Shown here: piece after piece, positions 9,350-23,287 of the stretch | Layout of the letters: each line of letters begins with the position of its first letter | Position numbering within the stretch: the first letter of the stretch is position 1 | Origin: Paracoccaceae bacterium | Lineage (GTDB): Bacteria > Pseudomonadota > Alphaproteobacteria > Rhodobacterales > Rhodobacteraceae | NCBI GenBank assembly: GCA_020832725.1 | Contig: JAFIEC010000418.1 | Location: 5,518 to 69,517, forward strand | DNA length: 64,000 nt | Direction: 5' to 3' | Made by a program: the position numbers and the translations under genes | Notes under the pieces: generated by a model | Told to the model about the DNA's origin: nothing | The model's input: the letters and a program-made list of their open reading frames with translations, nothing else | Database searches by the model: none

Positions 9350-10381
9350 TCAGTTGCAGGGCAGCACGGCGTCAAAGCTTGATCCTTCGCCGGGGGCCGA
9401 ACGGATGATAAGTCGCCCGCGATGGCGGCTGAGAATGTGTTTCACGATGGCCAGCCCCAGCCCGGTGCCACCACTGTCGCGCGACCGGGCCTTGTCGATA
9501 CGAAAGAACCTTTCGGTCAGGCGTGGAATGAAGATCGGGTCGAAGCCTTCGCCATAGTCGCGGATGCTGACGCGCAAGACTGCGCCGTCAAAGCCCGGCA
9601 TCGCCGGGATATGGGTTGCAGTGATGTCGATGCACCCGCCGCTGCCACCATATTTCAGGCCATTTTCGATCAGGTTGTGAAAGACCTGAACAAGCTGGTC
9701 ATAATCGCCGGGGATCTCGGGCAGGGTGTCGGGAATGTCGAAATTCACCGTGACCGAGGCTGCGTCGATCTGTGGGCGCAGCGCCGCCAGAGTGGCCTTT
9801 AGCACCGTGTCGATCAAAACCGGGGTGCGGGGGCGGATCTTTTCGACCGCCTCTACCCGGCTGAGTGATAGCAGATCGGCAACAAGCCCGCTCATGCGCG
9901 CGGCCTGTTCTGCCATGATCGACAGGAATTCCGCGCGCGCAGCCGGATCATCGCCAGCCGGACCTTGCAAGGTTTCGACGAAGCCTGCCAGAACGGTCAG
10001 GGGCGAGCGCAGTTCATGGCTGACATTCGCGACAAAGTCGCGTCGCTGCGCTTCTGCGGCTTCCATATCCGAAATGTCAGAGAGCGACAGGACAAATGTC
10101 TCCGGCGCGGCTTGCCGCGCGACAACCTTCCATACTGTTTCGCGGCTGCTGGTATGCGCGATGAAGCAGGCGCTGTCCTCTGGCCGGCCCGCCAGAACCC
10201 GGTCCAGCATCGCGGCAACGCCGGGCTGGCGCAGATGCGCCCTGATCTGCGCCCCCGCGATCTGGGCGCCGAACAATTCGATTGCAGCCGGGTTCGCGGC
10301 CTGCACCAAACCGTCATGATTGACCAGCATCACCGGCTGTGGAAGTGCGGCGATCATGGCGGGAAAAAGATCGCTATTCAT
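9350..10381 (-). CDS. phoR: Phosphate regulon sensor histidine kinase PhoR; soluble PAS-HisKA-HATPase form with no TM segment seen
   Basis: H-box FVANVSHELRSPLT, N-box HNLIENGLKY, G-boxes RDYGEGF and GGTGLGLAIVKH. ATG 10381 (MNSDLFPAMIAAL) is preferred over the longer ORF. Lies upstream of phoU-phoB. Confidence 0.8.
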   Translation of the reverse strand: MNSDLFPAMIAALPQPVMLVNHDGLVQAANPAAIELFGAQIAGAQIRAHLRQPGVAAMLDRVLAGRPEDSACFIAHTSSRETVWKVVARQAAPETFVLSLSDISDMEAAEAQRRDFVANVSHELRSPLTVLAGFVETLQGPAGDDPAARAEFLSIMAEQAARMSGLVADLLSLSRVEAVEKIRPRTPVLIDTVLKATLAALRPQIDAASVTVNFDIPDTLPEIPGDYDQLVQVFHNLIENGLKYGGSGGCIDITATHIPAMPGFDGAVLRVSIRDYGEGFDPIFIPRLTERFFRIDKARSRDSGGTGLGLAIVKHILSRHRGRLIIRSAPGEGSSFDAVLPCN

Positions 10382-10555
10382 CCGATACCTGTCCAGTCCC
10401 TGCCCGCGCAGGCACCGGCGCCGAATGCTGCCAAATCCATCCTGACCCCGCATGAGGTGCCGATCTTGCTGCTGAGGGTTTAAGATGGTTGCGCATCAGA
10501 CGCTCTTGGGCCGGGTGCCCGGTTCGGGCAGGTGAATGACTAGTAGCGCCAGCAT

Positions 10556-10573
10556 ATGACATGTTTATGACAA
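10556..10573 (-). promoter_or_regulatory. Pho-box-like direct repeat upstream of phoR
   Basis: The minus strand reads TTGTCAT-AAAC-ATGTCAT: two 7-bp repeats at 11-bp periodicity, close to the enterobacterial CTGTCAT-N4-CTGTCAT Pho box. About 175 bp upstream of the phoR ATG. Confidence 0.5.
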
Positions 10574-10883
10574 TTCCACAGCGCAAGGCACCAACGCTTG
10601 TTGGCGGGTGCCCTTGCCGCCGTGCCACCATTCGCGGCGCTTGGCGCGGATATGTGTTATGTGGCCGGATACGCCCGCGCCAGCCCGGCACGAACATCGC
10701 GCAGTCAGAACGGCCCCGAACCATGTTCGGAAAGGTCCGGGCGGTCCGCCAGGCTACAGTTACAGATATCACGAAACACGGCGCCCCCAGCCAGCAAGGC
10801 GCCCGAGCAGAAGTAGGGGGATGTCGTCCAGAGGGAGGGGGCGCAACTGGACAACACAAAGCATGGCGGGCTGAAAAGACAAT

Positions 10884-10973
10884 TGGCGGAGAGAGCGGGA
10901 TTCGAACCCGCGAGACGGTTTCCCGCCTACACGCTTTCCAGGCGTGCGCCTTCGACCACTCGGCCACCTCTCC
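10884..10973 (-). tRNA. tRNA-Ser (anticodon GGA), 90 nt, CCA encoded
   Basis: Manual fold of the reverse complement GGAGAGGTGGCCGAGTGGTCGAAGGCGCACGCCTGGAAAGCGTGTAGGCGGGAAACCGTCTCGCGGGTTCGAATCCCGCTCTCTCCGCCA. It has a 7-bp acceptor stem, anticodon stem CACGC/GCGTG with loop CTGGAAA, a long variable arm, and T-arm GCGGG-TTCGAAT-CCCGC. Confidence 0.9.
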
Positions 10974-11067
10974 GGCTGTGTCCGTCTAGCCCAGTTCCCT
11001 AACCCTATGCAAGCAACGAATGTCGGCTTGCCCGCGTGTCCTGAAACCGTGCCGATGCAGCGGCAGA

Positions 11068-14812
<3,745 letters not shown>

Positions 14813-14816
<4 letters not shown>

Positions 14817-16252
14817 GATGGGTTCAGCATATCCCTGTAAAGCGCTGCATAGGCGGCAGCGGACTGATCCCAGCCCACAGGATGGGCCATCGCGTTGCGC
14901 TGCAACTTAAGCCAGAGTTTCGGGCGCGCGTAAAGATCGCAAAGCTTGCCCAGCGCGTTTGCCAGTGCCTGCGCCGATACGGGGTGGAACTGCACACCCG
15001 TAGCCACGGGAACTCGGGCAAGCGTTGCAGGGGTTGCCGGGATCACCGTGTCGGCCAGCCCGCCGGTCAGGGCGACCAGCGGCAGCGCGCCATAGCGCAA
15101 CCCGTAAAGCTGCGTCAGCCCGCAAGGTTCAAACCGCGACGGCACGAGGATGGCATCCGCCCCGGCCATGATCCGGTGCGAGAGCGGCTCGTCATAGCCG
15201 ATATGCACGGCGATATTCGCGTGCTTTTCAGCAGCGCGGCGAAACGCGCCCTCCAGCGCTGCCTCGCCGGTTCCCAGCACCACCAGCTGACCATCGCGTT
15301 CCAGCAGGGCGGGCATGGCATCAAGCAGCAAATCCAGCCCCTTCTGGTCGGTCAGCCGCGAAATCACCGCACAAAGCGGCCCATCGGCCATTGGCAGGCC
15401 GAATTCCTGTTGCAGCGCGTCCTTGTTGGCCGCCTTGCCGCGCGGTGTCTTGTAGGGGCGGATATGCGGGTCGGTTTCGGGCGACCAGACGCGCCGGTCG
15501 ATCCCGTTCAATATGCCGCACAGCGCCGCGGCGCGCTGGCGCAGCACCCCGTCAAGCCCCATGCCGAATTCAGGGGTTGTCAGTTCTTCGGCATAGCTGG
15601 GCGACACTGTGGTCAGACGGTCGGCGTATATCAGCCCTGCCTTCAGCGCCGAGATCTGGCCCCAATATTCGAACCCTTCGGGCGTGAAATCTGCCTTGCG
15701 CAGGTGCAAGGCGCCCAGCTTGCTGGCCGGGGCCAGCCCCTGAAAGGCAATATTGTGGATGGTCAGCACGCTGCGCACGCGCCCGGCGGCTTCACTTTGC
15801 GCGATGTAATAGGGCGCAAGCCCGGCCTGCCAGTCATGGCCATGCACGATGTCGGGCCGCCAGTCCTGCAGCAGGCCACTGGCGATTTCGCTGGCCACCC
15901 AGGACAGCGCGGCAAAGCGTTCGGGATTGTCGGGCCAGTCCTTGCCGGAATCACTTGCGTAAAGCCCCGCGCCCCGGTCGAACAGATGCGGGGCATCCAC
16001 CACCAAAAGCGACAGCCGGTCATGGCGCGCAGCCAGCAGCCTTGCGCTGCCCCCGAAACAGTCGGGCAGCCGCGCCACGGTCTCGGCCTCGTCCGATAGT
16101 GCCTGCATCACCGCCGGATATCCCGGCATCAGCAGGCGCATTTCAATCTCATGCGCGGCCAGCGCAGCGGGCAGGGCACCGGCCACATCGGCCAGCCCGC
16201 CGGTCTTGACCAGCGGCACCGCTTCGGGCGTGACCGACAAAACCCGTATCAT
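14813..16252 (-). CDS. glgA: Glycogen synthase GlgA
   Basis: N-terminal [13 protein letters not shown] motif, 479 aa GT5 architecture, 4-nt overlaps with glgC and glgX. Confidence 0.9.
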
Positions 16253-17508
16253 TGCGCCTCCTGCCAGCGATCCACCATTGGCTGGGTGATCAGCGTGACC
16301 CCGCGTTCGCTGACGCGAAAGAACTTCGCATCCTCTTCCGGGTCTTCGCCTGCCACCAGCCCGCGCGGGATGACCACCCCGCGATCGACCACCGCCTTGC
16401 GCAGCCGCGCCGAGCGGTTGATCACCACATCGGGCAGGATCACCGAATGATCGAGCACGGCATAGGAATTCGTATGTACTTGCGTGAACAGCAGCGAATT
16501 ACGTACTTCGGTGCCAGAGATGATGCAGCCCCCCGCCACCATCGACGAAATCGCCACCCCGCGCCGGTCCTTTTCATCATGGATGAATTTTGCCGGTGGC
16601 ACGGTTTCCGAATAGGTCCAGATCGGCCAGTTGCGGTCCCACAGATCCAGCGTTGGCGTGAAATCGGTCATGTCGATATTGGCCTGCCAGAAGGCATCTA
16701 TCGTGCCGACATCGCGCCAGTAAGCCTCTGCCCCCGGTGCGCGCACGCAAGAATCGTCGAAACGATGCGCCACGGCCTTGCCGTATTTCACGATATCAGG
16801 GATCAGGTCATTGCCGAAATCATGGCTGGAACCGGGGTCGGCGGCATCTTTCAGCAGAAGATCGCGCAGGAACGGCCAGGAAAAGACATATATCCCCATC
16901 GAGGCCAGCGCCTTTGTCGGGTCATCGGGCATGGCAGGCGGGTCGGCAGGTTTTTCCAGAAAGGATGTGATGTTGCTGTCGCGGTCCACGGCCATGACGC
17001 CAAAGGCGCTGGCCTCTTCGCGCGGGACGGTCAGGCAGCCCACGGTCACATCGGCCCCGGTTTCGACATGCTGGCGCAGCATCACCTCGTAATCCATCTT
17101 GTAGATGTGATCGCCCGCAAGAATGACGATGTAGTCAATGTCGTAACTGTCCACGATGTCGATATTCTGCGCCACTGCATCCGCTGTGCCGCGATACCAC
17201 ATCGATTCATTAACCCGCTGCGAGGCCGGCAGGATGTCCAGAAACTCGTTGCGTTCTGCGCGAAAGAAGTTCCAGCCGCGCTGGCAATGGCGGATCAGCG
17301 AATGCGCCTTGTATTGCGTGGCCAGCGCCATGCGGCGAATGCCGGAATTCAGCGCATTGGACAGTGCGAAGTCGATGATGCGCGTCTTGCCCCCGAAATA
17401 CACAGCAGGCTTCACGCGCTTGTCGGTCAACTCTTTCAGCCGTGATCCGCGCCCCCCTGCCAGCACGAAGGCCATTGAGCGATGCGTAAGTCTTTTGGTG
17501 CCTGCCAT
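16249..17508 (-). CDS. glgC: Glucose-1-phosphate adenylyltransferase GlgC
   Basis: ATG 17508 is preceded by GGAGGAG. Motifs [31 protein letters not shown] and WYRGTADAV. Confidence 0.9.
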   Translation of the reverse strand: MAGTKRLTHRSMAFVLAGGRGSRLKELTDKRVKPAVYFGGKTRIIDFALSNALNSGIRRMALATQYKAHSLIRHCQRGWNFFRAERNEFLDILPASQRVNESMWYRGTADAVAQNIDIVDSYDIDYIVILAGDHIYKMDYEVMLRQHVETGADVTVGCLTVPREEASAFGVMAVDRDSNITSFLEKPADPPAMPDDPTKALASMGIYVFSWPFLRDLLLKDAADPGSSHDFGNDLIPDIVKYGKAVAHRFDDSCVRAPGAEAYWRDVGTIDAFWQANIDMTDFTPTLDLWDRNWPIWTYSETVPPAKFIHDEKDRRGVAISSMVAGGCIISGTEVRNSLLFTQVHTNSYAVLDHSVILPDVVINRSARLRKAVVDRGVVIPRGLVAGEDPEEDAKFFRVSERGVTLITQPMVDRWQEAQ

Positions 17509-17543
17509 ACTCTTCTCCTCCCAAAGCGTTGGCGTTCCCGAAT

Positions 17544-19760
17544 TCACTGGTGCAGTTGAAGTATCATGCATGAAAGCGGCGGTAGCGTCATCTGCAGCGA
17601 ATCCGGGCAGCCATCATGGGCGGTGCGCTGGCTGTCCAGCCCGCCCAGATTGCCGCGATTGCCGCCGCCATAAGTCGCGGCATCGGTATTCATGATCTCG
17701 GCCCAATGCCCCGGCGCGGGCACGCCCACGCGCCAGCCCGTCCGTTCGACCGGCGTGAAATTGCAGATCACCAGAACCGGGGCATCGCCGGGATCACCGA
17801 AACGGGCGAAGGCGGTGACGGATTCGGCCGGTGCATTGGCGATCCAGCGAAACCCGCTGGCGTCGCAATCGCGCCGGAACAATGCAGGCGTGCAACGATA
17901 GAGGTGGTTCAGATCGCGGATCAGCCGCTGCACACCCGCATGGCGCGCATCCCCCAGCGCCGCCCAGTCAAGGCTGGCGTCATGGTTCCATTCATGGCTT
18001 TGGGCGAATTCACACCCCATGAACAAAAGCTTCTTGCCGGGATGGCCCCACATGAAGCCGTAATAGGCGCGCAGATTGGCGAATTTTTCCCAGTCATTTC
18101 CAGGCATCTTTTCCAGCATCGCGCCCTTGCCATGCACGACCTCGTCATGGCTGATCGGCAGGATGAAGTTCTCCGAAAAGGCGTAATGAATCCCGAAGGT
18201 CAGCAGGTGGTGGTGATACTTCCGGTTGACCGGGTCCTCGGCCATGTAGCGGAGTGTGTCGTTCATCCAGCCCATGTTCCACTTGAACCCGAAACCCAGT
18301 CCCCCGGCGTGCGCGGGCGCCGAGACGCCGGGAAAGGCGGTGCTTTCCTCGGCCACGGTCATGATCCCCGGCACCTCGCCATAGGCCAGCCGGTTCGCGG
18401 CCCGCAGGAAGGCGATGGCTTCCAGATTCTCGCGCCCGCCGTGGGCGTTCGGCACCCACTCTCCCGGTTTCCGCGAATAGTCGCGATAGAGCATCGAGGC
18501 CACGGCATCCACGCGCAGCCCGTCCACATGGTATTCCTCCAGCCAGTAGAGCGCGTTGGAGGTCAGGAAATTCGCCACCTCGCGCCGCCCGTAGTTGTAG
18601 ATCAGCGTGTTCCAGTCCGGGTGATAGCCCTCGCGCGGGTCGGCGTGTTCGTACAGGTGGTTGCCGTCGAACCGCGCCAGCCCGTGCGCATCGGCCGGGA
18701 AATGCCCCGGCACCCAGTCCAGCAGCACGCCGATCCCGCGCCGGTGGGCGGCGTCGATCAGGTCGCGGAACTCGTGCGGGGGGCCGTGGCGCACCGTGGG
18801 CGCATAAAGCCCGACCGGCTGATACCCCCAGGAGCCATCGAACGGGTATTCGGAAACCGGCATCAATTCGATATGCGTGAAGCCCATGTCGGCGACATAA
18901 TGCACCAGTTCGTCCGCCGCTTCGATCCAGGACAGGCGCCGCCCGTCCTTGCGCCGCCATGACCCCAGGTGCACCTCGTAGACGGAAATCGGCGCGCGGC
19001 GGTCGTTGCGCGCGGCGCGGGTGTCCATCCAGTCGCTGTCCTTCCAGCCATAGCCGCGAATGTCGCGGATGACCGAGGCATTGGCGGGCGGGTGCTCCGA
19101 GCCGAAGCCCAGCGGGTCGGCCTTCAGCGGTTGCAGCGCGCCATCGGAACCGGTGATCTGGTACTTGTAGGGCACCCCCTCGCCCAGCCCGGGGATGAAC
19201 AGCTCCCATATCCCGGTGGTTCCGCGCGGGCGCATGGGGTGGCGCCGCCCGTCCCAGAAGTTGAAGCCGCCAACCACCGAAACCGCCTGCGCACCCGGCG
19301 CCCAGACGGCAAAGGCGGTGCCGTGGACGCCTTCATGTTCCATCACCCGTGCGCCCAGGATGTGCCACAGCCGCTTGTGCGTGCCTTCGGAGAACAGGTG
19401 TTCGTCCAGATCGCCCAGCACCGGGCCGAAGCGATAGGGGTCATCGAATTCCCAGGCCGCGCCCCCGCGTGCGGCGCGCAGCCGGTAGGGTGCGTCCGGC
19501 GTGATCTGCCCGGCCCATACGCCCTCGGCCACCTGTGTGAGCGGCACCTCTGCATCGGCCAGCGCCATGACCGTGTCGGCTCCGGGGACATAGACCACCA
19601 ATTGCCCCGCGATCCCGCCCGAACGCGGCCCCAGCAGCGCAAAGGGATCGGCAAGCCGCGCGCTTGCGAGCGCTAACATCTTCTCCGGAGCAATCTCGAA
19701 AGGCGGCGGGGTCATGAACATATCTTCGCGCATATCCCCGAGATTACGGGCTTCAAGCAC
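17544..19760 (-). CDS. glgB: 1,4-alpha-glucan branching enzyme GlgB
   Basis: 738-aa ORF with GH13 motifs ([42 protein letters not shown]). Start is uncertain: GTG 19760, or ATG 19733/19715. Confidence 0.9.
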   Translation of the reverse strand: MLEARNLGDMREDMFMTPPPFEIAPEKMLALASARLADPFALLGPRSGGIAGQLVVYVPGADTVMALADAEVPLTQVAEGVWAGQITPDAPYRLRAARGGAAWEFDDPYRFGPVLGDLDEHLFSEGTHKRLWHILGARVMEHEGVHGTAFAVWAPGAQAVSVVGGFNFWDGRRHPMRPRGTTGIWELFIPGLGEGVPYKYQITGSDGALQPLKADPLGFGSEHPPANASVIRDIRGYGWKDSDWMDTRAARNDRRAPISVYEVHLGSWRRKDGRRLSWIEAADELVHYVADMGFTHIELMPVSEYPFDGSWGYQPVGLYAPTVRHGPPHEFRDLIDAAHRRGIGVLLDWVPGHFPADAHGLARFDGNHLYEHADPREGYHPDWNTLIYNYGRREVANFLTSNALYWLEEYHVDGLRVDAVASMLYRDYSRKPGEWVPNAHGGRENLEAIAFLRAANRLAYGEVPGIMTVAEESTAFPGVSAPAHAGGLGFGFKWNMGWMNDTLRYMAEDPVNRKYHHHLLTFGIHYAFSENFILPISHDEVVHGKGAMLEKMPGNDWEKFANLRAYYGFMWGHPGKKLLFMGCEFAQSHEWNHDASLDWAALGDARHAGVQRLIRDLNHLYRCTPALFRRDCDASGFRWIANAPAESVTAFARFGDPGDAPVLVICNFTPVERTGWRVGVPAPGHWAEIMNTDAATYGGGNRGNLGGLDSQRTAHDGCPDSLQMTLPPLSCMILQLHQ

Positions 19761-19772
19761 GATTACAAGCGT

Positions 19773-20651
19773 TCAATCCGCCTGCGCGCGGGCCGTGTCG
19801 GCTTCGGCATCGAGGATCGCGCGCAGGCCGGTGCGGTAATCCGGATAGGCCAGCTTGACGCCCAGTTCCGTGCGGATGCGGTCATTGCGCACGCGTTTGC
19901 TTTCGGCATAGAAGCTGCGCGCCATGGGGCTCAGGTCCGCGTCCTCGAATGCGACCCGTGGCGGTGGCGGCATGTCCAGCAGCGCGGCGGCCTGCGCCAG
20001 CACGTCCTGCGGCGGGGCGGGGTCATCGTCGCAGACGTTATAGACCGCGCCGGGCCGCGGCCGGTCGATCGAGGCTTCCAGCACGGCGGCGATATCGGCG
20101 ACATGGATGCGTGAAAACACCTGTCCGGGCTTGATGATCGCGCGGGCGGTGCCGTTGCGGACCTTCTCGAACGGGCCGCGCCCGGGGCCGTAGATGCCCG
20201 CCAGCCGGAAGATGTGGAGCGGCAGGCCGTAGCGCGCCGCCAGCGCCCGCCAGCCGGTTTCGGCCGAGACGCGCGCGCGCCCGCGGGCCGTGGCGGGGGT
20301 CAGGGGCGTCTCCTCGTCGACCCAGCCGCCGCCGTGATCGCCATAGACGCCGGTGGTGGAAAGATACCCCAGCCAGCGCAGATGCGTGGCCTGCGCCAGC
20401 GCTTCGCTTTCGGCGGCGAGCACCGGATCGCCCCCTTCGGCGGGGGCCACGGAGCTGAGCACATGCGTCGCGCGCGACAGCGGCAGCGGCGTGCCGGGCC
20501 AGATCAGCGGCTCGATCCCTGCGGCCTGCAGCTTCGCCGCCTTGTCCGCGCTGCGTGTGGTGCCGATCACCTGCCAGCCGCGCGCGCGCAGCCGCCGCGC
20601 CAGCGCCTGCGCCGAATACCCGTGTCCGATGGACAGAAGCGTTCCCGTCAT
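19773..20651 (-). CDS. NAD(P)-binding Rossmann-fold protein (extended SDR / epimerase-like), function unknown
   Basis: 292 aa. N-terminal dinucleotide-binding-like segment LLSIGHGYSAQALARRL. High GC3 coding frame. Family assignment from sequence impression only. Confidence 0.6.
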   Translation of the reverse strand: MTGTLLSIGHGYSAQALARRLRARGWQVIGTTRSADKAAKLQAAGIEPLIWPGTPLPLSRATHVLSSVAPAEGGDPVLAAESEALAQATHLRWLGYLSTTGVYGDHGGGWVDEETPLTPATARGRARVSAETGWRALAARYGLPLHIFRLAGIYGPGRGPFEKVRNGTARAIIKPGQVFSRIHVADIAAVLEASIDRPRPGAVYNVCDDDPAPPQDVLAQAAALLDMPPPPRVAFEDADLSPMARSFYAESKRVRNDRIRTELGVKLAYPDYRTGLRAILDAEADTARAQAD

Positions 20652-20742
20652 GCCCCGAGAGATACACGCTTTCGCGGCCTCGGCCAGTGCGGGCGGCGCA
20701 TTTCCGGTTGAAACCGCGGCGCTCCGGGGTCAGTTTCGCTGC

Positions 20743-21255
20743 ATGAGCAAGCGGCAGATCAAGGCGGTTCTGCATCGCACGGCGCTGTGTGCGCTGGTCT
20801 GGCTGGCGTTGACACGCGCCGACCCGGGCGCTTTTGCGCCCGGTGTGGCGGTGGTGGCGGCGGCGGTCTGGCTCAGCCTGCGGCTGCTGCCCGCGCGGCA
20901 CCCGCTGGCGTTGTGGCGGCTGGCGCTGCACCTGCCACGGTTCCTGGCGGGATCGGTCACTGGCGGGCTGGACGTGGCGCGCCGCGCATTGTCGCGCGAC
21001 ATGGGGTTGCGACCGGGCTGGATTTCCCTGCGCGCCGACCTGCCACCCGGCGGGCGCGTCGCGCTGGGGTGCGAGGTCTCGCTCATGCCCGGCACGCTCG
21101 CCGCCGGATCGCGCGCCGACGGGAGGCTGCTGGTGCATGTGCTGGACACCGAAGCCGGGTTCGAGCGGATGCTGGGCCGCGAGGCGCAGGCGCTGGCGCG
21201 GATTGCCGAACTGGAGCACTCGGCCTCATCCCCGGGCGGTGGGGACCAAGCATGA
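20743..21255 (+). CDS. mrpE: Mrp/Mnh-type cation:proton antiporter subunit E
   Basis: 170 aa, MnhE-like (two N-terminal TM segments, SLMPGTL motif). First of eight co-directional genes. ATGA overlap with the next gene. Confidence 0.75.
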   Translation: MSKRQIKAVLHRTALCALVWLALTRADPGAFAPGVAVVAAAVWLSLRLLPARHPLALWRLALHLPRFLAGSVTGGLDVARRALSRDMGLRPGWISLRADLPPGGRVALGCEVSLMPGTLAAGSRADGRLLVHVLDTEAGFERMLGREAQALARIAELEHSASSPGGGDQA

Positions 21256-21593
21256 GCGGCTGGCTGGGCGGCTGGCTTCTGCTTTGCGCGGCGGGCGTGC
21301 TGGCCACGCTGGGCGCGGCGTTGTGGCGGGTCTGGCGCGGCCCGGCGCGGGCCGACCGGATGATGGCGGCGCAACTCGTGGGCACCGGGGGCGTGGCGGT
21401 GCTGTTGCTGCTGGCCCCTGCGCAGGGCTGGGCGGCGCTGGACGTGGCGCTGGTGCTGGCCATTCTGGCCGCGTTGGCGGCCGTGGGCTTCGTCAAGGCC
21501 AGCACCCCTGACGGTGCGGGCGCCCCCGAAGAGGCGGACGCCCCCGCCGACCCGGCGACCGACAGCGCGCGGGGCGACCGCGATGTGGCTTGA
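21252..21593 (+). CDS. mrpF: Mrp/Mnh-type antiporter subunit F
   Basis: 113 aa, three hydrophobic helices, RGPARADRMMAAQLVG resembles the MnhF RGPxxxDRvxAxD motif. Confidence 0.75.
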   Translation: MSGWLGGWLLLCAAGVLATLGAALWRVWRGPARADRMMAAQLVGTGGVAVLLLLAPAQGWAALDVALVLAILAALAAVGFVKASTPDGAGAPEEADAPADPATDSARGDRDVA

Positions 21594-21891
21594 CCTGTCC
21601 AGTTTCGCGCTGACCGCGCTGGGGCTGTTCTTCTTTGTCGCGGGCACGGCGGGGTTGTTGCGCTTCCCTGATACTTTCAGCCGCCTGCACGCGCTGACCA
21701 AAGCCGACAACCTCGGGCTGGGTTGTGTGGCGCTGGGGGTGGCATTGCAGGCGGCGCACTGGACCGATGTGCTGAAGCTCGCGCTGATCTGGGCGCTGGC
21801 GCTGCTGGCGGCGGGGACGGTGGCGCAACTGGTGGCCCGCGCGGCGCTGTCGGAGCCGCGCGCGCGCAAGCGCGCAGGTGAGCGGCCATGA
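21583..21891 (+). CDS. mrpG: Mrp/Mnh-type antiporter subunit G
   Basis: 102 aa. GLLRFPDTFSRLHALTKADNLG matches the MnhG/PhaG signature (RxPDxxxRxHaxxkxxtlG). Confidence 0.8.
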   Translation: MWLDLSSFALTALGLFFFVAGTAGLLRFPDTFSRLHALTKADNLGLGCVALGVALQAAHWTDVLKLALIWALALLAAGTVAQLVARAALSEPRARKRAGERP

Positions 21892-22904
21892 CCGGGACCA
21901 TGACCGGGGCAGCGGCGCTGCTTCTGGACCTGCTGCTGGTGGCGCTGGTGGCCTTTGCAGGCTGGGCGGCGCTGGCGGGGCGGGGGGTGTTCCGCGCGGT
22001 GGTGTTCTTCATCGCCTACGGTCTGCTGGTGGCGCTGGGCTGGGTGCGGCTGGGCGCGGTGAACGTGGCGCTGGCCGAGGCTGCGATCGGCGCCGGGCTG
22101 ACCGGGGTGCTGCTGCTGGCCACGGTGGGGCGGCTGGAACGCGCAGGCGCGGCGCGCGACGTGCCGCCGGTGCGCGGCGCGGCGGCCTGGGTGCCCGCGC
22201 TGGCGGGGCTGGGCGTGACCGGCGCGCTGGTCTGGGCCTGGTTCGCGCTGCCGCTGCCCGAATCCCCGGGCCCGGCGCTGGCCGAGGCGCTGCCGCGCTC
22301 GGGCGTTGAAAACCCGGTGACGGCGGTGCTGCTCAACTTCCGGTCCTGGGACACGCTGCTGGAGGCGATCGTGCTGCTGGCCGCGCTGCTGGGTGTCTGG
22401 ATGCTGGGGCGCGATGGTGACTGGGACGCGCCGCTGGGCCTGCGCCAGCATGTGCGGCCGGGCGGGGTGATGGCGGGCTTTGGCCGCGTGCTGCCGCCGC
22501 TGGGCCTGCTGGTCGGGGTCTGGCTTCTGTGGGCGGGCGCCGATGCGCCGGGGGGCGCGTTTCAGGGCGGCACGGTGCTGGCGGCGGTGATCGTGGTGGC
22601 GCTGATGGCGGGCGTGGCCACGCCGCCGGGGGTGAGCGCGCTGCCCCTGCGCGCCGCACTGGTACTGGGCCCGGGGGTGTTCCTGGGCGCGGGGGGGGTG
22701 CTGGCGGCGCTGGGGGGCGGGTTCCTGACCTTGCCCGAGGCGCAGGCGAAAGTGGTGATCGTGGCGATCGAAGCCGCGCTGACCCTGTCCATCGCGGTCA
22801 CGCTGGCGGGGTTGGTGCTGGGCCCGCCGACGGCGGCGAACGGCACGGCAGAGGGGGGCGCAGAGCCGAACGCGAACGGCCCGGCGGCAGGGAGGCGCGC
22901 ATGA
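21888..22904 (+). CDS. mrpB: Fusion of an MrpA C-terminal-like (DUF4040-type) domain with MnhB/MrpB
   Basis: The N-terminal part has NVALAEAAIGAGLTGVLLL (DUF4040-type). The central part has NPVTAVLLNFRSWDTLLEAIVLLAALLG (MnhB signature). ATGA overlaps on both sides. Confidence 0.75.
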   Translation: MTGTMTGAAALLLDLLLVALVAFAGWAALAGRGVFRAVVFFIAYGLLVALGWVRLGAVNVALAEAAIGAGLTGVLLLATVGRLERAGAARDVPPVRGAAAWVPALAGLGVTGALVWAWFALPLPESPGPALAEALPRSGVENPVTAVLLNFRSWDTLLEAIVLLAALLGVWMLGRDGDWDAPLGLRQHVRPGGVMAGFGRVLPPLGLLVGVWLLWAGADAPGGAFQGGTVLAAVIVVALMAGVATPPGVSALPLRAALVLGPGVFLGAGGVLAALGGGFLTLPEAQAKVVIVAIEAALTLSIAVTLAGLVLGPPTAANGTAEGGAEPNANGPAAGRRA

Positions 22905-23287
22905 CCGGGGCCGAAACCTTCCTGCCCGCCGCCCATGGCGCCGACGTCTATGCGCTGGGGGGCGCGGTGCTGGTGGGTCTTGGCGTCTGGGGGCTGCTGG
23001 CGCTGCGGCATCTGTTGCGCCGAGTGGTGGCGTTCAACGTCATCGGCTCGGGCATCTTCCTGTTCTTTGGCGCCATTGCCGCGCGCGGCGGAGGCGCGCC
23101 GGACCCGGTGCCGCAGGCGCTGATCATCACCGGGATCGTGGTGGCGCTGTCGGCCAGCGCGCTGGCGGTGACGCTGGTCGCCGCTCTGGCGCAGCGGCGC
23201 GGCGGCGCGGTGCTGCCGGGCGAGGGGCGCCAGCCCCCCGAGGCGCCGACCGCGACGCCCCCCGCTGCGGGCCGGGCCGAAGGGTGA
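22901..23287 (+). CDS. mrpC: Mrp/Mnh-type antiporter subunit C (NuoK-like)
   Basis: 128 aa, three helices, LRRVVAFNVIGSGIFLFF and PQALIITGIVVA typical of MnhC/NuoK. GGGAGG RBS upstream. Confidence 0.8.
   Translation: MTGAETFLPAAHGADVYALGGAVLVGLGVWGLLALRHLLRRVVAFNVIGSGIFLFFGAIAARGGGAPDPVPQALIITGIVVALSASALAVTLVAALAQRRGGAVLPGEGRQPPEAPTATPPAAGRAEG

Noticed and set aside
10711-10760. Possible SRP (4.5S) RNA-like GGTCCGG segment near tRNA-Ser
   Set aside because: It lacks the conserved GGAAGCAGCC domain IV core, and I could not draw a convincing long helix.
10454-10883. Integrated-element remnant at the 3' end of tRNA-Ser
   Set aside because: There is no integrase, no duplicated copy of the tRNA 3' end and only a mild GC dip. 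The Pho box and phoR promoter explain the region better.
10374-10967. 197-aa minus-strand ORF
   Set aside because: It reads straight through the tRNA-Ser gene and the phoR upstream region. It has no RBS and is implausible as a protein.
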